Of a stretch of 64,000 nucleotides of DNA, positions 1-12,500 are shown one piece after another. The first letter of the stretch is position 1. Every line of letters starts with the position of its first letter. The notes beneath the pieces are model-generated. The model was not told the origin of the DNA. It ran no database searches and worked only from the letters and a program-made list of their open reading frames with translations. The translations under genes were made by a program, and so were the position numbers. Source of the stretch: Eledone cirrhosa (lineage: Eukaryota); NCBI GenBank assembly GCA_964016885.1, contig OZ024741.1, positions 46,190,001-46,254,000 on the forward strand, given 5' to 3'.

Positions 1-1062
1 GTTGGCAAATTATTTTTCCGTCTTTTAATGTTGTTCACCCTTTACTCTGTTTTCCTATGATTTTCATCGAAAATATTTGAATGCATCTTCTCTTTTCATG
101 ATATTTGGATTACATTGAGTTCTTCATTGGACACTACCGTATATTTTGGTAGATTTATCCACATACTTTGCTCCTAATTTTATACAGGTATTCATATTTT
201 AATATATATTTTTTATATATATATACATTATTTTATGACTCCCTATATATATAGTTGAACTCTCTCTATTGTCCATTATCCATATTACAATGGAAAAACA
301 ATACTTGGGAACTTCTTTAAAGAATATATCGATACCTTCTAATGACGAATTCTTACTTCTTATGATACAAAAAACCAACCAATTCATCAAAAGGGTCAGA
401 TGGAGGGCCTACCACTTTGATAGAAAAACAAAACGTAATGATAAGAAATATTTATATGATTTCACCACATATAAGAACCCACCACACAACTCCTTGCTTG
501 AAAACTTCGAGAAAGACCTATTTAACTTAAACAAACACCTCAGATTTAAGAAATATAAATATAATTTTCAAAAGGATCTTGACTCTACCCTATTGGATCT
601 AAAAAAATCTAGCAAAGTCCACGTCCACTCTGACAAAACTGGAAATCTAACCACATGGATATTGATAATTACAATGAGTTCATTTATAAAGAACTCAGGA
701 AAAATTATTAAAAAAACAAATAATGTGACTCTTACCAATATCAACAACAAAACATACAACATATTAAATAAACTCAATATTGAAGACAGAACTGAACATT
801 TGACACTGAAAAGACCACACTTTAACCTGAAAGATCACAAATCTAACTTTAACTCTAATCCTTCTATAAGACTTATATGCTCTTCCAAGTCTGACATTGG
901 CATCATTAGTAAAAAATATTTAGATAGAATCATCCCACAATTAAGAAAACACGTTCATTTACCACTCTGGGAAAACACATCCAAGTAATTAACTGGTTTA
1001 CTAATATTAGAAATAAATCATCTGCTTCATTTCTACAATTTGATATAGATTCTTATTATTCT

Positions 1063-1084
1063 CTTGTGCCAAAAGTAGAAACAA
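1063..1084 (+). mobile_element. 22-bp SINE 3'-end fragment inserted in RT motif A, with a 7-bp target-site duplication
   Basis: cttgtgccaaaagtagaaacaa is flanked by TTATTCT (1056-1062 and 1085-1091). It matches SINE ends at about 5459-5480 (reverse) and about 49244-49264. Confidence 0.7.
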
Positions 1085-1268
1085 TTATTCTTCTATATCA
1101 CCCATATTCCTGAACAAAGCCTTGATATTTGCCAAAAATAGATCAAACTTAACTATGGATGACATTAATATTATCACGCACGCCAGACAAACACTACTGG
1201 AATTTCAGAAGGAATACTGTACCAGAAATACATATAGTAATCTCTTCGACATTACTATGGACTCTAGT

Positions 1269-1325
1269 GATTCCGCCCAAATTACCGATTCCGCCCAAAT
1301 TACCGATTCCGCCCAAATTACCGAT
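1269..1325 (+). repeat. In-frame 18-bp triplication (DSAQIT x3) in RT motif B
   Basis: gattccgcccaaattacc repeated three times. Confidence 0.95.
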
Positions 1326-3564
1326 CTTGTGGGCCTCTTTCTTCTATTTAACATTAATTCATCTTTTCCCCACCTTAAAGGTGGTTTATATCGTGATGAC
1401 TGTCTTTTTCTGTCCACTAATCTTAGCCCATCAGAAATTAAAAAAAATAAAAAACTTATTAGAACTTTCCTCAAAGACTATTACAATCTCACTATTACAT
1501 TTGAAAACACCAGTAAAATAGTCAATTTCCTAGATATAACTTTAGACCTATCTACGGGTATCTACCAACCTTACCATAAACCTAACCAAAACTTACATTA
1601 CATACACTCACAATCCAATCACCCTAGATCTATACTTAAAAACCTAGCATATAATATCTCACTCAGAATCTCTAACCTTTCATCTAACCAGGATGTTTTC
1701 GATAAAAACCCGACCTTTTATAACAAAGCTTTAGCTAGAAGCGGCCACAAAAACAAATTAGTCTATATAACTTGCACCAATAATACTTCAAACATACAAC
1801 ACAATATTACCAACAAACACCAAATGAAAAAACCCACACCTAAATGCCACTCATACTACACCCAAAAATACCAATCTAAAACTTAATTTCTCTACCTCTT
1901 CTCACATAAAATATAATGACTTTCAAAAAACCATTAATCCTAATATCCAATATATGTTAACAACATTACTAACAAAATTCCTAGTAATCAGACTAAAACA
2001 CCTAAATCAGTTAATATATATAATAAATTCACTAATAGTAACTCTCTTAGTAAACATCCTGAGACATCGTATAAATATAAAAAACAATATCGAAACCGTA
2101 ATAGACGGGTTACTTAGTATAATGCTCCATTTAATCTACAAATTAAAGATAATATCTCTAAACATTTTTTTACTATCCTAGAGAAAAACTTCCCGCAAAA
2201 CCATAAATAACATCAAATTTTAAATAGATCAACTGTCAAATTTTCCTACTCCACTACCAAAAATATACAACAAAATATAAGTGCGTACAACGCATATAAA
2301 TGTAAAAAAAAACACATCAAACCAACCATAATACTAAAATAAACCGCAACAAACCACCATCTCCTTCACCTATAACAAGTCGAGTAAATTCCACACCAAA
2401 TTTGAGTAACTCCCCTGATATAATATTCACGAATGGTTGTAACTGTAGAATCAAAAGAAATTGCCCATTAAAGGAAAATTGTCTTATTAATAACATAGTC
2501 TATAAATGTAAAATTATCACTAAGGACTCCACTTATTCCTATATAGGAGCTACGTCTAACCAATTTAAAGTAATATTTAACAACCACAAACATAGTTTTT
2601 AAAATGCCGCATTAGCTAATACAACATCCTTGGCTGAAACAATTAACAATTATAGAAAGAAGAATACCGATTACAACCTGACCTGGAGTGTGCTCAAAAG
2701 GGCCACCCCTTATAAAAATAACAGATGAGTGTGGGTTATGCTCCCAGGAACATTTTGAAATCATGAAATCTAAGGATATCCTATTAAATAAGCGACAGGA
2801 ATTAATTATATCTTGCAATCATAGAATTAGAAGAACCTTCAAATATTATAAACCTAATTAATATACACCTTACACTTATATTTTACATATTATTATAATT
2901 AGTTTTTTTAATTTAGTTAACCTATAATTAGTAATTTACTACAGAGAACTTCATAATTTTATTTCCCTCTTACAGCTCTCTTTTCCTAAAATTAATACCT
3001 AAAAGTATACATATAAATTAATTTCATTTCCTATTATGAATCTAGATTCCTTGTAGTTTATATAAGATTAGTATTTCTCACTACTACCCTTATCCCAAAA
3101 TGTTACTTTCCTTCGTTTTTAACAACTCTTTAATAACATCTAATTCTTATTTATCACATTCATATGAATTAATATAAATTTATTCCTATAAGTATACCGA
3201 TCAATTAATTTAATTTCTTGTTATAGATCTAGATTCCTGTGGTTTAAATAAGATTGGTATTTCTCACTAATACCCCTACCCTAATATTTTATTTTCCTTC
3301 GTTTTTAACATTATTCTTTAATAACATCAAATTTTCGTGTACCCTTCACTGGCTTGACCTCTTTTCATCCCCAAAGTATTCTTTTCATTCAAAGTTTTCT
3401 TCTCATTCAAAACATAAGTCTGCACTCCTCTACCCCTAAATTAAATTTCTACTGCCACTATTCTATCCACTTGACCTCTAACTACTTTTCTATTGGTCAA
3501 TTCAAAACCTGTTCCCAAACAGACCTTTTATATTAAATCTTTGTTGTTGTTTTTTTCAATAAAC

Positions 3565-3690
3565 AAATCTCATCATTTCTGAAGACAGTATGTATATGTG
3601 AAGGTATGTATATTTCCTCTGATAATTTGTAATATTTTTACATAGATCTATGATATACATCCTAGAAACGATCGTAAAATGATGAATTTT
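3565..3690 (+). ncRNA. Type I hammerhead ribozyme with long stem II, in the PLE pLTR
   Basis: tcatcattt-CTGAAGA(3579)-atgtata...tatacat-GAAA(3665)-CGATCG-TA-aaatgatga. Stem I is 9 bp, stem III is palindromic, predicted site GUA. Confidence 0.85.
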
Positions 3691-3930
3691 TTAATATAAG
3701 GAACTTGTTCTTTGTTTTTATTTCATTGTTTTTATTAATTAGATAATTAATTTATCTTGACTCTGTTTTCCTATGGTTTTCATCGAAATTTTTGAATGCA
3801 TCTTCTCTTTTCATGATATTTGGATTACATTGAGTTCTTCATACGGATTGGATACTACCGTATATTTTGGTAGATTTATCTATATATATATATATAAAGG
3901 TTATTTTTCATTTTGTAAAAAAAACCTAAC

Positions 3931-3968
<38 letters not shown>

Positions 3969-4284
3969 CATTGAGTTAGAAACTCAAAATAGTCTTTTAC
4001 AATTAAATAGCTCCAAGAAAGAAATTTTTCCGAGCCGTGCAATATAATTGTTTTAAGTTAGTATTTTTTTCAACCTAGTTAACTTGGTCCTTTGCAATTG
4101 GAACACATGTATACTTATATCTGTGTTTATCTCTCTCATATATATAGATGTTTAATGAGGTCATAGCTGTTGTATATTGGTTATCACCGAGATATATATA
4201 ACAGCAATTATGAATAAACGAATTTGATTTTAATCTGTTGACTTACACTTCTTGTTTATATATATATACACATATATATATAAT

Positions 4285-4482
4285 ATTAGAACACTGGTGG
4301 GTTATATCCATAGTAGTAGAGCACTCAGTCCATGGGGTGAGTGTGGTAGAAGTAGTTCCACAACAGTTAATTCACCATACCGAGGACAAATGTTTCACCT
4401 TATTCGACCGAACTGAGGATCAGAATAAGGTGAAACATTTGTTTTCGTTATGGTGAACTAACTGGTGTGGAACTACTTCTAT
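4285..4482 (-). mobile_element. Fold-back PLE pLTR insert in (TA)n with a tail on the left
   Basis: Inverted arms about 4339-4405 and 4423-4481. Extra sequence 4285-4338 on one side only. Confidence 0.75.
4407..4449 (+). ncRNA. Hammerhead ribozyme motif
   Basis: accgaa-CTGAGGA-tcagaataaggt-GAAA-catttg-TT-ttcgtt. The opposite arm reads GAAAcatttgTCctcggt (GUC site). Confidence 0.65.
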
Positions 4483-4492
4483 ATATAAATAA

Positions 4493-4562
<70 letters not shown>

Positions 4563-4618
4563 CACTTTGATATATATATAGATTAAATTCACTTTGATTT
4601 ATCTTAATTTTGGATATA

Positions 4619-4656
<38 letters not shown>

Positions 4657-4664
<8 letters not shown>

Positions 4665-5440
4665 GAATACTTGCTCTTCACATGGATGTGTATATACCAA
4701 AACATACACTGTTTACAATTCAATCGATACACGTATTGCAGAACATTGAACTGAATTTACTTGCGTGTGTATAGGTTGCGGTTGACCTAATTTCTCCAAT
4801 TTACATCGTCAAATGGAGATTTGACCAATATAACATTTTTTTGTTTTGTAATCTAACTTTCGGTGAGTACTATGTTGGTTTGTATATATTTTTTGTTTCT
4901 TTGACCTCGCGTCGGTGTGTGTGAGTGTGTGTGTACTCACTCACACTAACTGTGACCGACTGTAATTCTAAAGATTTGATGTTGAGATTAGACCCGTCCA
5001 GCGTCTTTAACAGCTATTGAGAGATAGAGACTTGATAGTTTTATTATCCTAACTGAGGACGATAGAAGTCGGTGTGTCGTGGCTGCTTAATCTTCATATG
5101 ATGGACTAAACTCTAGTGAGTGAACATCGTTAAATTTTCTCCTTCATATCAAGGATTTGCAGACAATTCCTTTTCACCTGACGAGCTCAGTGATAATCGA
5201 TCATGGCCGCACGATCGGTCTATCTCTTATTGAAACACGTGTCGTGATTAAAATGATTGGAAATTTATACCATGCCTTCGGATCTTTATTTTGATTCAAA
5301 TACTCCGTTTTACATCATCTAGCTGTTCCCATAAATGGAATTGGAGATATACGAAAGCGTGGAGAACTTAATATTGGTAACAAAAGTTTATTGGACCGTA
5401 TGACACAACCAATAATACACCTTACTATATAACAACTATA
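4657..5440 (+). mobile_element. 5'-truncated PLE 3' end between (TA)n tracts, with possible GIY-YIG remnant
   Basis: Contains a hammerhead at 5170-5247. Weak peptide remnants FCNLTFGEYYVG (about 4845-4880) and YDGLNSSE* (about 5097-5123). Confidence 0.55.
5170..5247 (+). ncRNA. Type I hammerhead ribozyme
   Basis: tcac-CTGACGA(5178)-long stem II-GAAA-CACGTG-TC-gtga. Palindromic stem III, GUC site. Confidence 0.8.
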
Positions 5441-5531
5441 TATATATATATTATATAATTGTTTCTACTTTTGGCACAAGGCCAGCAATTATCCACAAGT
5501 GTATATATATATATATACATATATATACATG

Positions 5532-5632
<101 letters not shown>

Positions 5633-5964
5633 TTATATATAAGATCCTATACTACTGATGTAACGACTTACAAAAAAGTAAACAAAGTTACCGACTGTGG
5701 CGTAGGTGAAACATTATGTAAGAAGTAAAATGTTGTTCTGACGAGCTGCAACTCCTCCATTTATTCATTTTGCCTTTATATATATATATATATATGTATA
5801 TATATCCAGGGAGTGTAACTTGGAGTTACTGTATGTTCACCCGAGTGAGCACTCGATGTTTAGGTTCACTTCAGTGTCGAGGTGTAGAGCTAGACAGTAA
5901 AATAAAATAGTAAAATAAAATAAAACAAGGATGATTGGTTACTCCTTCATTACGTTTATTGGTT

Positions 5965-6043
5965 GGTGTCGCGCGTTTCGCCACTGATCAGCTCAAAATT
6001 CAATCTATATCGATCTAGCCCGACTCTGTAATCCTCAGACCCC
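5965..6043 (-). ncRNA. Degenerate hammerhead motif in a TA-flanked insert (5806-6060)
   Basis: Minus strand ggggt-CTGAGGA...GAAA-CGCG-cg-acacc. Cleavage triplet is mutated and stem II is weak. Confidence 0.45.
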
Positions 6044-6100
6044 TTACAGTGGTAATGAAAAAAATATATATATATACATATATATGTGTGTGTGTGTGTC

Positions 6101-6400
6101 AACAAGTTCGCTTCGCTACCATAAGGCCCAGGGTTCGAAACCTCAGTGTGAAATCTTAGCCAAGTGTCCTTTATCATAGGTCCGAGTCAACCCTAGTGAA
6201 ATTGCGAAATCTGTGAAATTGTGTCAACTAAAACTGTTTGGAAGCTCGTCTGATGGAATGTCGCTATAATTTAAAGGATCAGATTTGTCTCCGTTTCATC
6301 CTATGAAGCACATTAAGGGTACACGTGCCTGTGAAAATCTGAACCCCTTGTACTGATCGAACAGCTGAAACACTCGTCGTCGAAACTGATGGATGTACAT
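6101..6400 (+). mobile_element. Degenerate tRNA-derived SINE and associated repeat (octopus-like)
   Basis: B-box-like gggttcgaaacct followed by ...gccaagtgtcc... and ...gaagctcgtc, recognised from memory. Confidence 0.5.
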
Positions 6401-6497
6401 TTACTTTTATGTCTTGGATAAAATTACCTTCTTAAGAATATACTGCAAATTGATTTACAAACGCCACTAGCGCAGAGTACTGCTGTTGCGATGGCAA

Positions 6498-6752
6498 CGG
6501 CTGGTGATGATGATGATGATGATGGTGATGGTGGTGGTGGAGGTGGTGGTGGAGGTGGTGATGGTGGTGGTGGTGGTGATAGTGGTAGTGGTGGTGGTGG
6601 TGGTGGTGGTGGTGGTGGTGGTGGTGGTGGTGGTGGTGGTGGTGGTGGTGGTGGTGGTGGTGATGTTGATGATGATGATAATGATGATGATGTTGTTGAA
6701 GAGGATGATGATGATGATATGGATGATAATGAGGATGATGATGATGATGATG
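6498..6752. repeat. (GGT)n/(GAT)n trinucleotide microsatellite
   Basis: Direct reading. Confidence 0.95.
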
Positions 6753-9579
6753 TTTCTCTTAACTTAGTCGCCCACTACAATGTTTGCAATAATCGGTTCG
6801 TCAGAAGTATTTTCACCAAGGGCTAGAATAGTGTGTTCTGGTGTGTTGTGGTGTGGTGTGTTGTCGTGTAGTGTGATATGGTGTGTTGTTGTTTGGTGTG
6901 TTGTGGTATGATGTGGTGTAGTGTGATGTGGTGTGGTGTGGTGTGTTGTTGTTTGGTGTCTTGTGGTGTGATGTGGTGTAGTGTGATGTGGTGTGGTGTG
7001 TTGTGTTCGTGTTTGGTGTGTTGTGGTGTGGTGTGGTGTGTTGTGGAGTGGTGTGGTGTTGTGAGGTGTTGTGTGGTATTGTGTGGGGTTGTGTGGTGAG
7101 GTTTAGTGTGGTGTGGTATGTTGTGGTGTGGCGGGGTGTAGTGTGTTGTGGTGTGGTGTGGTGTGGTGTGGTGTGGTGTGGTGTGGTGTGGTGTGGTGTG
7201 GTGTGGTGTGTTGTGGCGTGGCGGGGTGTAGTGTGTTGTGGTGTGTTGTGGTGTGTTGTGGTGTGGTGTTGTGTGTTGTGGGGTTGTGTGGTTTAGTGTC
7301 GTGTCGTGTGTTGTGGCGTGGCGTGGTGTAGTGTGTTGTGGTGTGTTGTGGTGTGGTGTGTTGTGGGGTTGTGTGGTTTAGTGTGGTGTGTTGTGGTGTG
7401 GTGTGTTGTGGTGTGTTGTGGTGTTGTGTGTTGTGGTGTAGTGAGGTGTGGTGTGTTGTGGTGTGGTGTGGTATGGCGTGGTGTGTTGAGGGGTTGTGTG
7501 GTTTAGTGTGGTGTGGTGTGTTGTGGCGTGGCGTGGTGTAGTGTGTTGTGGTGTGTTGTGGTGTGTTGTGGTGGGGTGTGTTGTGGTGTGGTGTGGTGTG
7601 TTGTGGGGTTGTGGGGTTTAGTGTGGTGTGGTGTTGTGTGTTGTGGTGTGGTGTGTTGCGGTGTGTTGTGGTGTTGTGTGTTGTGGTGTGGTGAGGTGTG
7701 GTGTGTTCCGGTGTGGTGTGGTATGGCGTGGTGTGTTATGGTGTGGTGTGTTGTGGTGTAGTGTGATGTTGATTGTGGTAGTATGGAGTGGCGTGGTGAA
7801 GTATGGTATGGGGTGGTATGGTGTAGTGTGGTGTAATGTGGTACACCGTGGTCTGATGTGTAGTGTGTTGTAGTGTGATGTGGAGTAACGTGGTGTGGTG
7901 TGGTGACATATATCGTAGTGTAGTATAGTGTGGTGGGCTTTGGTTGTAGTAAAATGTGCAGCGAGGCGTTTGGCGTGGATTGGTGCAATGATGTAGCGTT
8001 GTAGCGTGGTGTGGAGTGATGTAGTGTAGTGTGTTGGGTCGGGTTGGGTGTGGTATGGTCTGTCTTAATATGAGGTGGTCAGATGGGATGTGGGGGGGAT
8101 GTGGTGTCGTGTGGTGTTGTGCAGTGGGGTGCGTTTCAATATGCCGTAACAGTGTAATATATTCTGGTGTAGAGGGGTCTAGTGGGGTCTAGTGGTGAGG
8201 CGTAATGACATACAGTATGGTGCGGTGTGGTGTGTGGTATGCGACATAGTTTAGTATAGTTCGTGTGATGTCCTGTGATCTGTCGTGGTGAAGTGTAATG
8301 TGGCGTGGTGTGGTGTGAGTGATATGGTGTGTAGCGTTGCGTAGTGTGCTGTATTTTAGAGTGGTCTAGCGCGGTGTAGTATATTGTGGTGTTAGATAGA
8401 TGTTGTGTGGTGTAGTGTGGTGTAGTGCGATTAGTGTAGTAGTGTAGTATGCTGTGATCAGATGGCATGTGGTGTAGTGTTGTATGGTTTGGTGTAGCAT
8501 GGTGTCATGTAATGTTGTGTTGTGTTGTTTGTTGTGTGGTGTGGTGGCAACACACCACACCACACTGCATTAGTTTTCACCACATCAGACTACGCCACAC
8601 AACACCACCCCACGCTACACCATGCCATACTACACTACAACACACAGAATCAAACCAGCTCCCACTACACCATACCATTTTACATTCACCACCACACATC
8701 ACAATCCACTTCACCACACCATAAACATCACACTAGAACTCACTACACCACAATACACTGCACCACAGAAACACCACATAATACTACACCAAACAATACC
8801 TCAACAAATTACACCACACTACACTACACCAAACAATACCTCAACAAATTACACCACACAACACTACACTTCAGCAAACAATACTTCACCAAATTACATA
8901 ACACCACACTACACTACACCAAACAATACCTCACCAAATAACACCACACTACACTACACCAAACAATACCTCACCAAATTACACCACACCACACTACACT
9001 ACACCAAACAATACCTCACCAAATTACACCACACAACACTACACTTCAGCAAACAATACCTCACCAAATTACACCACACCACACTACACTGCACCACACC
9101 ACACTGCACCATACTACACCACACTACACGACATTATACTACACCAAATAATACCTCACCAACATCACATTACGCCGCACATTGCACTGTACCACACCAC
9201 ATCATACTACATGACATTGCACCATATTAAACGACACTACACCACACCACATGAGGCTATACCACACCACACTACACAACACGATACCACACCACAACAC
9301 ACGACACTGCACTACACTATGCACAATGTAGTTTACTTTAATGTAGTGTGATGTAGTGTGGTGTGATGTTGTGTGGTGTAGCGCGGTGTAGTTTGGTGTA
9401 GTGTAGTGTGATGTAGTGTGGTGTGGTGTAGCGTGGTGTAGTTTGGTGTAGTGTAGTGTGATGTAGTGTGGTGTGGTTTAGTGTGGTGTAGTTTGGTGTA
9501 ATGTAGTGTGGTGTAGTGTGGTGTAGCGTGGTGTAGTTTGATGTAATGTAGTGTGGTGTAGTGTGGTGTGGTGTAGCGT

Positions 9580-12500
9580 AGTGTAGTTTAGTGTAATGTA
9601 GTGTGATGCAGTGTGGTGTGGTGTAGCGCGGTGTAGTTTAGTGTAATGTAGTGTGATGCAGTGTGGTGTGGTGTAGCGCGGTGTAGTTTAGTGTAATGTA
9701 GTGTGATGCAGTGTGGTGTGGTGTAGTGTGGTGTAGTTTAGTGTAATGTAGTGTGATGCAGTGTGGTGTGGTGTAGCGCGGTGTAGTTTAGTGTAATGTA
9801 GTGTGATGCGGTGTGGTGTGGTGTAGTGCGGTGTAGTTTAGTGTAATGTAGTGTGATGCAGTGTGGTGTGGTGTAGCGTGGTGTAGTTTAGTGTAATGTA
9901 GTGTGATGCAGTGTGGTGTGGTGTAGCGCGGTGTAGTTTAGTGTAATGTAGTGTGATGCAGTGTGGCGTGGTGTAGCGCGGTGTAGTTTAGTGTAATGTA
10001 GTGTGATGCAGTGTGGTGTGGTGTAGCGCGGTGTAGTTTAGTGTAATGTAGTGTGATGCAGTGTGGTGTGGTGTAGCGCGGTGTAGTTTAGTGTAATGTA
10101 GTGTGATGCAGTGTGGTGTGGTGTAGCGCGGTGTAGTTTAGTGTAATGTAGTGTGATGCAGTGCGGTGTGGTGTAGCGCGGTGTAGTTTAGTGTAATGTA
10201 GTGTGATGCGGTGTGGTGTGGTGTAGTGCAGTGTAGTTTAGTGTAATGTAGTGTGATGCAGTGTGGTGTGGTGTAGCGCGGTGTAGTTTAGTGTAATGTA
10301 GTGTGATGCAGTGTGGTGTGGTGTAGCGCGGTGTAGTTTAGTGTAATGTAGTGTGATGCAGTGTGGTGTGGTGTAGCGTGGTGTAGTTTGGTGTAGTGTA
10401 GTGTGATGTAGTGTGGTGTGGTTTAGTGTGGTGTAGTTTGGTGTAATGTAGTGTGGTGTAGTGTGGTGTAGCGTGGTGTAGTTTGATGTAATGTAGTGTG
10501 GTGTAGTGTGGTGTGGTGTAGCGCGGTGTAGTTTAGTGTAATGTAGTGTGATGCAGTGCGGTGTGGTGTAGCGCGGTGTAGTTTAGTGTAATGTAGTGTG
10601 ATGCAGTGCGGTGTGGTGTAGCGCGGTGTAGTTTAGTGTAATGTAGTGTGATGCGGTGTGGTGTGGTGTAGCGCGGTGTAGTTTAGTGTAATGTAGTGTG
10701 ATGCAGTGTGGTGTGGTGTAGCGCGGTGTAGTTTAGGGTAATGCAGTGTGACGCAGTGTGGTGTGGTGTAGCGCGGTGTAGTTTAGTTTAATGTAGTGTG
10801 ATGCAGTGTGGTGTGGTGTAGCGCGGTGTAGTTTAGTGTAATGTAGTGTGATGCAGTGTGGTGTTCTGTAGCGCGGTGTAGTTTTGGGTAATGTAGTGTG
10901 ATGCAGTGTGGTGTGGTGTAGCGCGGTGTAGTTTAGTGTAATGTAGTGTGATGCAGTGTGGTGTGGTGTAGCGCGGTGTAGTTTAGTGTAATGTAGTGTG
11001 ATGCAGTGTGGTGTGGTGTAGCGCGGTGTAGTTTAGTGTAATGTAGTGTGATGCAGTGTGGTGTTGTGTAGCGCGGTGTAGTTTAGGGTAATGTAGTGTG
11101 ATGCAGTGTGGTGTGGTGTAGCGCGGTGTAGTTTAGTGTAATGTAGTGTGATGCAGTGTGGTGTTGTGTAGCGCGGTGTAGTTTAGGGTAATGTAGTGTG
11201 ATGCAGTGTGGTGTGGTGTAGCGCGGTGTAGTTTAGTTTAATGTAGTGTGATGCAGTGTGGTGTGGTGTAGCGCGGTGTAGTTTAGTGTAATGTAGTGTG
11301 ATGCAGTGTGGTGTGGTTTAGCGCGGTGTAGTTTAGTGTAATGTAGTGTGATGCAGTGTGGTGTGGTGTAGCGCGGTGTAGTTTAGTGTAATGTAGTGTG
11401 ATGCAGTGTGGTGTGGTGTAGCGCGGTGTAGTTTAGGGTAATGTAGTGTGATGCAGTGTGGTGTTGTGTAGCGCGGTGTAGTTTAGTGTAATGTAGTGTG
11501 ATGCAGTGTGGTGTGGTGTAGCGCGGTGTAGTTTAGGGTAATGTAGTGTGATGCAGTGTGGTGTTGTGTAGCGCGGTGTAGTTTAGTGTAATGTAGTGTG
11601 ATGCAGTGTGGTGTGGTGTAGCGCGGTGTAGTTTAGTGTAATGTAGTGTGATGCAGTGTGGTGTGGTGTAGCGCGGTGTAGTTTAGTGTAATGTAGTGTG
11701 ATGCAGTGTGGTGTTGTGTAGCGCGGTGTAGTTTAGTGTAATGTAGTGTGATGCAGTGTGGTGTGGTGTAGCGCGGTGTAGTTTAGTGTAATGTAGTGTG
11801 ATGCAGTGTGGTGTGGTGTAGTGCGGTGTAGTTTAGTGTAATGTAGTGTGATGCAGTGTGGTGTGGTGTAGCGCGGTGTAGTTTAGGGTAATGTAGTGTG
11901 ATGCAGTGTGGTGTGGTGTAGCGCGGTGTAGTTTAGTTTAATGTAGTGTGATGCAGTGTGGTGTGGTGTAGCGCGGTGTAGTTTAGTGTAATGTAGTGTG
12001 ATGCAGTGTGGTGTGGTTTAGCGCGGTGTAGTTTAGTGTAATGTAGTGTGATGCAGTGTGGTGTTGTGTAGCGCGGTGTAGTTTAGGGTAATGTAGTGTG
12101 ATGCAGTGTGGTGTGGTGTAGCGCGGTGTAGTTTAGTTTAATGTAGTGTGATGCAGTGTGGTGTGGTGTAGCGCGGTGTAGTTTAGTGTAATGTAGTGTG
12201 ATGCAGTGTGGTGTTGTGTAGCGCGGTGTACTTTTGGGTAATGTAGTGTGATGCAGTGTGGTGTGGTGTAGCGCGGTGTAGTTTAGTGTAATGTAGTGTG
12301 ATGCAGTGTGGTGTGGTGTAGCGCGGTGTAGTTTAGTGTAATGTAGTGTGATGCAGTGTGGTGTGGTGTAGCGCGGTGTAGTTTAGTGTAATGTAGTGTG
12401 ATGCAGTGTGGTGTTGTGTAGCGCGGTGTAGTTTAGGGTAATGTAGTGTGATGCAGTGTGGTGTGGTGTAGCGCGGTGTAGTTTAGTGTAATGTAGTGTG

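Larger units (their letters stand above)
269..2861 (+). pseudogene. Disrupted PLE ORF: reverse transcriptase plus C-terminal GIY-YIG endonuclease
   Basis: Motifs across frames: DKTGN, LKDHK..NPSIRLI, FLQFDIDSYY (motif A), ITMDSSDSA (B), GLYRDD (C), NFLDITLDL, YIHSQSNHP. Then linker CNCRIKRNCPLKENC, NIVYKC..YSYIGAT (GIY-YIG), LTWSVLKRATPY, CGLCSQE, LLNKRQELIISCNH. Several frameshifts and stops. Confidence 0.9.
44..3880 (+). mobile_element. Penelope-like retroelement, probably Hydra clade; near full length, degenerate, ends in (TA)n
   Basis: Direct repeat (partial pLTR) 44-159 matches 3760-3880. RT and GIY-YIG remnants lie between them. Hammerhead in the 3' pLTR. The 3' end abuts (TA)n. Confidence 0.9.

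Noticed and set aside
2720-2735. In-frame TGA in the endonuclease as possible selenocysteine, as in Naiad PLEs
   Set aside because: Better explained by a frameshift in an A run; the conserved CGLC motif lies in another frame.
6486-6826. Gly/Asp-rich or poly-Val ORFs, also 40478-41357, 36203-37225 and 60000-60273
   Set aside because: Trinucleotide microsatellites open in several frames; no splice or domain evidence.
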